DNA of 64,000 nt from Veleropilina oligotropha (lineage: Eukaryota): contig JBEUKZ010000083.1 of assembly GCA_048128005.1 (NCBI GenBank), forward strand, positions 62,001-126,000. The letters run 5' to 3'. Made by a program: the position numbers and the translations under genes. The notes beneath the pieces are model-generated. The model was not told the origin of the DNA, made no database searches, and saw only the letters and a program-made list of their open reading frames with translations. Position 1 is the stretch's first letter; the number at the start of each line of letters is the position of its first letter. Shown piece by piece: positions 54,301 through 64,000 of this stretch.

Positions 54301-55157
54301 CAAAAAGCACATGACAAGCAAATGTGTTATTCAATATTAACTTGATATTTTGAGAACATATAATACTTATAGTTGTTCGTTCTCTCTCACTCTCCCACTC
54401 CCACAAGCTCTCACTCTCGCATTCTCACAAGTATTCGCACTCTCACTCCCACAAGCGCTCACACTCGCATTCTCACAAGATCTCCCACTCTCACTGGCTC
54501 CCACTCACTAGATCCCCCACTCTCACACTCACTAGCTCTCATACTATCACTCTCACACTCTCCCCCATTCCCACCCTCACTCTCTCCCCTTCTCTGTAAC
54601 GCGATGGCGGGATTGTTTCCCCCAAATATTTTAAATACATACCGCTTCAAATTTGCGTTGTCTCCAGATTTGATTATACTGAGTAACGAGTTATTCTTTC
54701 TCATTGTCAAGCCATTAATATTGCGCGGTCAAATGATCCAGTATGTATCGTTATGTATATATTATATTATTACATATATGCATTTATTGACAGCGCTTAA
54801 TTTAAAAAACTTAAGTGTCATTAGGCTATGCAAATTTGCAATAATTTCAGTTTGAATTTACGGACTAGCAACCAAATAATATCATTCTCCTTAACGTGTA
54901 TGTGTTGCTTGATACAAATAAATATATGTTTGTATTATGTATATCGAAATTATAATACACTTGAAATATATTTATGGTTAATCAGTCTTCTGAACAAAAA
55001 GCGTGACCTATGCTCTACACGGTGGATTCAATCGAGAACGCCAAGCTTCACGGTGCTATTTATACTAACAACAGACAATGCGCACAAATCCGTGACGTTC
55101 CATGTTGCTCTGTGTACCACACGTACATGTACACATACACAAGGGCCCGTAACGTTG

Positions 55158-55510
55158 CTTACACAACGGCTCTTTTGTTTTGAAGAGGTTGGTATTCAGC
55201 GTGAACACCTTGTTTTCAATGACGATTCAAAAGTAGGGTGGTATAGCCATACCAACCTACTTTTCACTCTATACCGACCTGTGTCCGTGCAAGATGGCTA
55301 AAGCTGATCACAAGCTAAATTGACAACAAAGGAGCTATAATTGGCCGTTGTGTAAGTCGGTTACAAACCTCGTTAGTCGGTATTCATCTATTTGAAAGAC
55401 CTGCTTCCGTGCTGCAACACCTCGACCACTCCGCGGTCTCGGTGTCACGATCCGCACGGGCGCAGGTCTTTCAAATCGATGAATACCTCCAACTCGGTTA
55501 GTAACCTATA
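55158..55510. mobile_element. Hairpin-terminated element, family 4
   Basis: Short IR CTTACACAACGGC 55158-55170 / 55344-55356; imperfect hairpin 55359-55506 with apex CCTCGACCACTCCGCGGTCTCGG. Confidence 0.75.
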
Positions 55511-55637
55511 CTTATCGTTCGTCTGTTTCCGTTTGACGATTGGCGCAGTTCATTGTTACTATATAATATAGACAAGGGAGGACACTAAGGACGGGACACA
55601 TGATGGATTTTCCCGACATTTCACTGAATTATTTCAT

Positions 55638-55979
55638 TTGTTTGGGGTGTTTAAATCAGGTGACAGCATCATGGCTGACAGAGGAATTATGGTGCAGGAC
55701 CTCTTCTCTTCACTGGACGTAAAAGTGAACACCCCAACTATGTTAAAAGGACGCAGTCAACTTGAGCCAAATGAAGTGGTTCACGACAGAAGAATAGCGT
55801 CTAAGAGAATACACATAGAGCGCGTCATAGGCCTGGGTAAAACATATAAGATCCTAAAACGTGAACTACATCCATCCAAAGTCCCTATATGGGCTCACGC
55901 ATCGTCCACATCTGTTATATGTTGTCAAACTTTCGCCAAAGTATTGTCAATTGGCTTGCTTGAAAATTACATGAATTAA
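55638..55979 (+). pseudogene. ISL2EU-type (IS5-like, DDE_Tnp_4) transposase C-terminal fragment
   Basis: GDSIMADRG...RRIASKRIHIERVIG.LK.YKIL motifs. Confidence 0.8.
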
Positions 55980-56442
55980 ACACATCACGACCAGTATGTA
56001 CATATACTCAAGACGCAACTAACATTAAGATATAGATTGCTTACCAGAACAATCTCAGAATCAAACACTTAGAAACTATAAAGGCAATTAAATAAAACTA
56101 TCAAAATCTTTTCGCACAGATTGATACAAATTTCACGAAGATATTATCGAATGATAGATTTTTATTGAAATTATTATGGTAACTGGGCAATATATATTAT
56201 TGCCAAATATACCGCGTTCACACTTGCGTAGCGTAATAATAACGAAACTTTCATTTTTGCGCGACGTTGCGAAATAGCCGTCTACACTTGAAGAGAATGT
56301 TACGCGAAAGTAACGAAACACCCGTCCACACTGAACCGCCGAATGTTGCGAAACAAACAGCGGGAATAACGGAAATGGCGCTGTAGGATGCTGGGTACAT
56401 TGTTTCAATGTGAAGGTCGTTCCTTTTCTGCGAATCACAATA

Positions 56443-58160
56443 ATGGATGACGACCATTTCAAAATGCACTGCATAATAATGCACAAAAGACGTCTTCGTG
56501 CAATGCGACATCGGAGAAGATTATATATGGAACAAGAAATTGGAAGACACATGAGGTTGCGGGCATTTCTTATGCTATTACTGGCGTTACGTAATGTCAA
56601 CAGGGACGCGCGAACGGTGTGGAAGAAGCCGACCAACGTCGATATGTTCGATGATATTCCGAATTGGGAACCGTCCGACTGGTTGGAGAACACACGAATG
56701 TCAGAGGCCACGTTCCATTATATATGCAGGGAACTGAGACCATTTCTTGTAAAAAAACGAACGAGACTTCGGTAAGTTTATGCACATACTGGGAAATTGT
56801 TTGTTTGTTTGTAATTGAGGTTTAACGTCGCTTTAACAGCTATATGGTCATATCACGACGGCGTCATCTTCGGCAGTGGTCTCAATGACACTTTATAGTG
56901 CTGCCTCACTGAAGCGCCATGCCACCGACACAGAGCAATGACACCCCACCAGTCATATTATCCTGACACTGGCCAACCAGTCGTTACTCTATCCCCATAA
57001 TGCTGAGTGCAAAGCGAGGAAGCAGTAACTACCATTTTAAAAGTATTTGGTATGACCCGACCTGGGATTGAACCCGGGTCTTCCCCGTTGCAGGCCGGAC
57101 ACTCTACCACTAGACCACAGCCCGGGTAGGAAATGGTTATTCCAATATAAATTAAACTTGATTCTTAATAAAATATAGATGTTATTGTACTGCTTTGTAT
57201 ATTAATTTACATAAATTTAATTATAACTAGAACGTGTGAAAAATAACAATTACACATTTTATGATTTAGCATATGCAATTTTCATTTTTCTTCAGGCACC
57301 CTATAACGGTTGAGAAGAGGGTCCTAATATCAATTTGGAGGCTGGCAACAAACATTGAATTTCGAACCCTAGGACGCATGTTTGGAATCGGTAGGTCTAC
57401 CGCTTGTGAGATCACTGAAGAATTTACTAGAGCCGTTGTTCAAAATCTTATGCCAAGATATATCCACTTTCCTGTCACAAAAGAAGGCTTTCGTGAAGTG
57501 GTCGATGGTTTCTTGAATGCTGGGGATTCCCTCAATGTTGTGGTGCAATTGATGGGACACATATCCCGATCTTGCCCCACCGATACACCACACAGACTAT
57601 TACAACAGAAAAGGTTGGCATTCTGTCATTGCCCAAGTGGTAGTCGATCATGAATATATAATCATGGACATTAACACCGGTTGGCCTGGAAGTGTCCACG
57701 ATGCCAGATTATTTCGAAATTCTGGAGTTTTTAATCGAGGAATGTCTGGTACACTATTTCCAAACACAAATGTGTTAATGAATGACACAGAAGTACCCAT
57801 TTTCTTACTTGGTGATCCAGCCTATCCATTACTGCCATGGTTGATGAAGCCATTTCCGCGTGGTAATGGAAATGCAGACAGAGAGAGATATAACAATTGC
57901 CTATCAACTGCCAGAATGACGGTCAAAAATGTATTTGGGCGTTTGAAAGGAAGATGGCGTTGTTTATTAAAACGCAATGACAGTGAGATGGAAAATCTTA
58001 TAATGATAATTTGTGCATGTGCCACTCTTCATACTATTTGTGAGAAACACAGAGAAGAAGTTCCGCGGGAATGGCTTGATGAAGTCCAGCGTGCAGAAGA
58101 GGATTTTGCCCAACCTGGACTCAGAGATATGGACATAGTAAATTCGTCTGATATTCTATC
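56443..58160 (+). pseudogene. Harbinger transposase, defective
   Basis: Exons 56443-56771 and 57296-~58160; frameshifts at ~57520-57600 around WGFPQCCGAIDGTHI / [24 protein letters not shown]; catalytic Glu appears replaced (RMTVKNVFG); SINE inserted at the C-terminus. Confidence 0.88.
56797..57125 (-). mobile_element. tRNA-derived SINE, MetaSINE-like (family A)
   Basis: Pol III boxes GTGGTCTAGTGG / GGTTCAATCCC; core GGTCATACCAAA..TAAAATGGTAG..CTCAGCATTA; (CAAA)n tail. Confidence 0.8.
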
Positions 58161-58462
58161 CGGGCAGGTGGTCTAGTGTCGTGCCTGCCGCGGAAAGGTC
58201 TCGGGTTCAATCCCAGGCCGGGTCATACCAAAGACTCTAAAAATGGTAGTTATTGCTTCCTCGCTTGACACTCAGCATTATGAGGATAGAGTAACGACTG
58301 GTTGGCCAGTGTCAGGATAATGTGACTGGTGGGGATCATTGCTCTGTGTCGGCGGCATGGCGCTTAGTGAGGCAGCACTGTAAAGTGTCGATCGACCACT
58401 GCACGAAGCTGACACTGTCGTTAGAGCGAAGTTAAACCCAAATACATAAAAAAAAACAAAGA
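58158..58462 (+). mobile_element. SINE family A copy inserted at the transposase 3' end
   Basis: Same core; approximate TSD TCYGATATTCT at 58147-58157 and 58463-58473. Confidence 0.8.
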
Positions 58463-60080
58463 TCCGATATTCTGCATTTCTTCATGGAATAACATCATTT
58501 GTATGTAATCGGACAAGTCAATGAGCTTATTTCTTCAGGTGTTTAATTCAGGGCTTGGTAATAATACTAGTATTGATAATATTCATTACCTCCACCAAGG
58601 AGGTTTATGTTTTTGTTTGTGCTTTCTAGTTTTAAATTTTTTATGCTATTACTTTAGCAGAATTAATATTTAGTACTTGCATAATATGAATGTATTGTTT
58701 TGTTTGTCATGAAATGCTATATTCCATTGCATGCCATCTTAATGCTGTAAATAATAAAATGGATTAGTATCTGTGAGGCACTTTCCCAGTCAGTAGTTCT
58801 AGACTATTACGATTTAATTTGAATTTCATTGAATATCCTGGGTTCCTCTGATAATATGGGTATCTCCCAATTGATATCACCACAGATATGAATAAGGATA
58901 GTAAAGTTCAGTTTAAATCAAATTACTAATCTGTAAAGATTATGTTCACATAAATGAAAAAGCCATGTTGCTCAACTTCAATGGTCTTTCCAATAATTTT
59001 GATTCAAAATTAATCTCTGATGAAGGTTTTTCAAGGCCCCTGAAATAATCAATAACAAATCTTGGTAAGAACAATTTTATAAATGGAAAATACAATCGAC
59101 TAGACTTCATCAATAAACAGGCATGTAATGGATGGAAAAGAAAGTAACGGTTTTGAAAAAATGCACAACTTATTGCAAAAGGAAAATGCAATCTTATTGA
59201 CTTCATCAATAAAAAAACAGCATGTAATGCATGAAAATAAAATAATGATCAGGAAAAAGATTTGAAAAACTTAATTACATTTTCAAGAAGTCATGTAAAT
59301 CTTAAATTTAACTTTATAGCTGTTCATATGTGGGGAAAGTGACAGATGTGTTGGAAGATGTCCCGTGGTGTTGATCCGAATTATCACTGGATGCGGGTAC
59401 ATGTACACTGTTTTGCAGCATGTCACAGAAGGGGGTTGGTGCTGGGACCCGAGACTGCACACTTGCTGCAAATCCAGAAAACATCTGGGCCATCTGCATT
59501 TGAAATTGCCAGTCTTCACGTCTCCGCTGTTCCTCTCTCACTCTTTTCTCTTCCTCTCTCTCCCACTTCTTCCGTTCGTGCTCCATTTCCATATTGCGCA
59601 TTCGCTCCTGGAATTTTTGTTCCTCTGCAGTCTCTTGAGCCTTCATGTTCGCCTCCATTTCTCGTAATCTGCTTATGTGATTTTCCTCCATTTTCAAAAT
59701 AGCTTCCAAAATATTTGAAGAGTTATCCTTCTTCTTTTTCTTTTTTATTAAAAAAGGCTTCAAAGTAGTCTTCTTGGTTGACTGGCCCTTCTCCAATACT
59801 TTTCCTGCACTGTCTTCATCTGAAGTAGAAAGAGATAACAAATGATGTGAAAATGTCATCCTCACCATGCATACGTATAAATTAAAGGTGTTGAATGTTT
59901 TAGGACCACTTTAACAGTATATCAGGCATATGACATGCAACACCGGTCTAAATTCTCTATCCGGACAGACAGGCACATGGTACAATAGAGAAAGTCAAAA
60001 TCTGAGAAAAATCCTCAGGCATCTGGGGCTTGAAATCTGGACTGGCTAGTAGATCCGTCTCAAGCACGACAACCAGGAGT

Positions 60081-61717
60081 CAGGGCCGGCTCTGCCAATT
60101 TCATATTGGGGGGGCCATCTTCAAAAAGGGCACTTATATAATATCAGAACCGTAGCTAGAAATTTGTATCGGGGGGGGGGGGGAATACCGCGAGGTGACT
60201 AGGGTGGTCCGGACAATTTGAAACGCGATTAAAAGGGGGAGTCCAACTTTCATTAAGTCTACTATCAGCTGTTCACGCGGGGCCCCACGCGAATGAAAAT
60301 TTTGACGATCAACAGCCTGAAACATCCTCTCCTGCACCCTGACAGGGCAAAAGCGATATTTCTTATCAACATTTATGAACCATTTTCACTAAAATGTATG
60401 AGTTATTGTTATATACACAAAATCTGTTCAGTAAAAAATAAATTGTTTGTAAAAGAACACTTTGCATAACTAATTTATATAAAGGTACTTTTAACCGTAC
60501 ATTCATGCGTAGGCCTATGTATGTGTGCTTGCTGTGGGGGTTCAGAAGAGCAATATGAAGGAAGTCGAAATATACTACCAATGGTCCGCGTGGTGGTGGG
60601 GCCCCATGCGGAAGAAAGTTTTAACAATTAACCCTGTGAAACTCCATCTCCTGTATTCTGATGAATAAATTTGATATTTCTTAACAACATTTACGAATCT
60701 TTTCACCACTCCATAGAAGAAATTTTTAATAATTAACCGTGTATTCTGATGATGTAAATGTGATATTTTTCAACAACATTTACGAATCATTCCACCACTG
60801 ACTCCATAAAGGTGTACACATGTAATTGTCTCATGCCCAGGCTGCTGCACAAATTATTATGCTTTCTAGAATGGTGACTGTCGGTACTATATGCAGATAT
60901 ATCTCAATGGTAGGCCTATTGTACGTGACGTCGTGTGATAAAAACTATGAACTCGGATATATACTTTAAATCTTCTGTCTATAGGGGCATCAGTAAAATA
61001 TTGACGATGGTGAAATACCACCCTTATTTTATAAACATCATACACAATTTCATAAAGTGGGCATGGTTGATTTTGATATAAAATGGTCGGTAAAAATCTT
61101 GAAGATGGTGCAAACATAAAAACTATGAAGGCAGATATATCTTTGATTCTGTCAAGGGCAACAATAAAATTGGGGGGGGGGGGTAATACCCCTTATTTTA
61201 TAACAAACTATGAACCCACATATACAAGTTGAGTGCAAATCTAAGGGGGGGGGGGGTATATAAATATTCAAAACTACAAAAGGGGCTATTTTGACAAAAA
61301 GGGGCATATCAAAATTATTGGGGGGGGATATATTATGTGATTGATGTGAAGGGTCAAAATAATTTTTCAAATAGCATTACGAAGGAAGTCGAATTATACT
61401 ACCAATCGTCCGCGTAGGGGTCGGGCCCCATGCGGAAGAAAATTTTGACAATTAACTCTGTGAAACCCTCTCTCCTGTATTCTGAGAGCGCAAATGTGCT
61501 ATTTCTTACCAACATATTTAAACCATTTTCACCACTCTGTGAAAGTTTTCAAATTGAAATAAACCTACACTATAATTTGAGCGCAAATCTAATGACACTT
61601 GCAAATTTAAGGGCACCACCAAAAATCAAAACCACAAAAGGGGCTATATTGACAAAAAGGGGCATCTCGAAAATTATTGGGGGGCTATAGCCCCCCCCCC
61701 CGCCGGAGCCGGCCCTG
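60081..61717. mobile_element. Non-autonomous TIR DNA transposon with 5-bp TSD (hAT5-like)
   Basis: TIRs CAGGGCCGGCTC / GAGCCGGCCCTG; TSD GGAGT at 60076-60080 and 61718-61722. Confidence 0.85.
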
Positions 61718-61852
61718 GGAGTGGCAAATTTCTAAATTCTAAACCTAATCATTTAAATACAGTATCATAGCATATACATGAACCATACAATCGTACTACA
61801 CACAACTGAATGGTCAAAGTCAAAATGTAATAAGAGTACTGAGTTGCAGAGT

Positions 61853-62120
61853 GTTTGTTTGTTTGTATTTGGGCTTAACATCGCTTTTAACAGCTTTATG
61901 GTCATATCACAACGATGTCATCTTCGTGCAGAGAGCGATCGACACTTTTTATAGATATGCCTCACTGAAGCGCCATGCCGCTGACACAGCGCAATGACAC
62001 CCCACCTGACACACTATTCTGACACTGGCCAACCAGTCATTACTCTTAGTCTCTATCCTTATAATGCCCGAGACCTTCCCGCGGTAGGTACGACACTCTA
62101 CCACTAGACCATCTGCCCGG
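61853..62120 (-). mobile_element. SINE family A copy, internally deleted
   Basis: Matches the head and tail of 58158-58462. Confidence 0.75.
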
Positions 62121-64000
62121 GTCTGAGTTGGAGAGTGAGCTCGCATGTTACAATAATAGTCGGGTCAATCAAAACAGATTTAATAGATGATATATATATA
62201 TGCAAACCTGTATGAAATGGGTTTCGCTTTCAAACCAGCAGGTGGAAAAAAGTATTTGACTTTGCGATGGAGTGTCATTGTAATAGACAGCAATCAACTT
62301 GAAAGGTATATTGCAAATAAATCTCTGCATACCTTCTTCCTGTGGAGGTTCTATGTGTTCTGGATTCTGCCTCTTAAATCCCTCACCACTGGGTGTGGAT
62401 GGTCGCCTTTCCTCATCGGTAGTGTCGGTATTTGGTGGGCCACTATCAGCTAAACACAAAGAAAAATATTTACTGAATAATGTGACATTTTGTTTTAACT
62501 AAATATAGGAACTCCCGTCTGATGGTATAAACTTGGAATTTTCAAGTGAAGGCAAACAATCAGCTTTTTGCAGCAGATAAATAGGTATTTGTGTATCAAA
62601 TTGTTTCATTGTTTGTGTTTTCTTCATGTTATTGTCCTGTGTAAACATGAGAAAATGTCTAGTTTGCATCATTGTGGAAGGATAAAAAGAATATGAGATG
62701 ATATTAACTTGACGTGTCTACCTTAATTTCTTTCCATTAAACAAATTACTATTGAATTTTATTTTTATTTTCATTATTTAATAGCTAATAATTCAGAACA
62801 TACTGTCACTGTTTTCCTGGATCATTTCATCATCAGGGCCCATGACACCGGAAGAATCCAGCATAATAGATGGTTCGATGGACGGTCTATCTCCTAACAC
62901 TGCATCCATTTCATCATAGAACCTAGAAAAATAAACAGAGCATATAACAGTATTTTCTACAGTATCGTGAATGCATTTCTTGATATATTGTGTCCCTGTA
63001 TATTTAGTGCAGAGACACTATCAGTATGCCATTTAATTTCTCAGGGAGTATGGGTGCAGAAAGTATATGAGATCACATATCATGAAAGGATGGAATTACA
63101 GATGTAGTGAAAACTTTTAAAAAATATACATGAGAGTAAATACTTCATTTACAAAGCAGACTCGGGTTCATTTTGATAAAAAAATACTTTTTTGTTAAAA
63201 GATTTGTCATCAAAATTAATATATTTTAATTTATAATCTGAATTATCATGTTTGTTCAGTCGCCCATTCCATAAAAACCCCAACAGCAACAAAAACATGA
63301 CATATATTTTTGCATTTTCAAACTGAGTGTGGCACGAATTAAACCGAGTTAATAATTGCATTAAAGTCAGTTGGTGTAAAACATTACCATATTCCATCAG
63401 TCCATAGCACGTGTAAATCGCAGATTAATAATGTAGACATTGTTAAATATATTCATGATATGAAATTACAGTACTACTTATACCTACCCGAAGCGAGACC
63501 TTCCACTGCCACTTTTATTATTGGCTTCCTTGGCAATCTTGTATTGACACTTCAAAATCTTAATTTTCGATCGACATTGCTCAAGGGTAAATGGCGCCTC
63601 CTTATCTGCTTATCGGGAAACATGCCGTTCAATTCTGCGCACATTTCTTCGAATGTCTCCTTGTTACGCTGCGTGCTCTCTAGCATCTCTTGAATTCTGT
63701 CTTGTCCCCATACATCAATGAGGGCAGTCACCTCGTTTCTCTTCCAAAGAACCATTTATATCGCTTTTGTAAACAGGTAAATAAAACTCGAAACAGGTGT
63801 GTCAACAAAAGTTGAACGCCGCGGGCTACTTGGTGGAGGAAAGGTCGAGGACGTTGCGCGTGCGCATTAACTTTAGTCGTGTTTATTGCGATACATAACG
63901 CAACGAGCGTCCACACTTGTGTAAAGCGCAATCTTCGCGTTATGTAGCGATACGTTGCGCGAAATTTCCTGGGTGGTAGCAGGACTTTTTCCGGAAAAGT

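Larger units (their letters stand above)
59314..63755 (-). pseudogene. Harbinger trihelix Myb/SANT-like (Myb_DNA-bind_4 type) accessory gene with frameshift in exon 1
   Basis: Exons 63755-63488 (WKRNEVTALIDVWG..; frameshift before EQCRSKIKILKCQY), 62922-62804 (FYDEMDAVLGDRPS), 62449-62333, 59819-59314 (coiled coil); splice phases are compatible. Confidence 0.85.
56212..64000. mobile_element. Second two-gene PIF/Harbinger transposon (right end probably just beyond the window)
   Basis: Left end CCGCGTTCACACT; convergent transposase and trihelix Myb genes. Confidence 0.85.

Noticed and set aside
57060..57125. tRNA gene
   Set aside because: The A/B boxes are the head of a SINE, and no complete cloverleaf is present.

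Overview
AT-rich animal genomic DNA, most likely from a marine invertebrate (spliceosomal introns, LINEs, MetaSINE-like SINEs); there are no prokaryotic features. Most of the window is nested transposable elements. Two host genes are visible: a multi-exon Cys-rich (EB-module-like) type I membrane protein (exons 8238-24541) and the 5' part of a secreted C-type lectin (49718-51505). The TEs include two intron-containing two-gene PIF/Harbinger transposons (27344-35744 with an apparently intact 341-aa transposase; 56212 to beyond the window, defective) plus Harbinger MITEs and fragments. There is also a non-autonomous env-bearing LTR retroelement (25991-40175) whose PBS region was hit twice by Harbingers, decayed LINEs (L2/Crack-like, CR1, RTEX-like), SINEs, Helentron-like repeats and several TIR MITEs. 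The most unusual signal is five non-coding elements from four sequence-unrelated families that share one architecture. Each has a long hairpin capped on one strand by the DNA fold CGAG-stem-C(GNA)G-stem-CGAG (tandem sheared G.A pairs plus a GNA triloop), usually next to a short inverted-repeat bracket. Polarity is consistent, the arms covary, and no clear TSD is seen. This points to mobilisation through a structure-recognised ssDNA intermediate. All family assignments are from pattern recognition; no database search was run.
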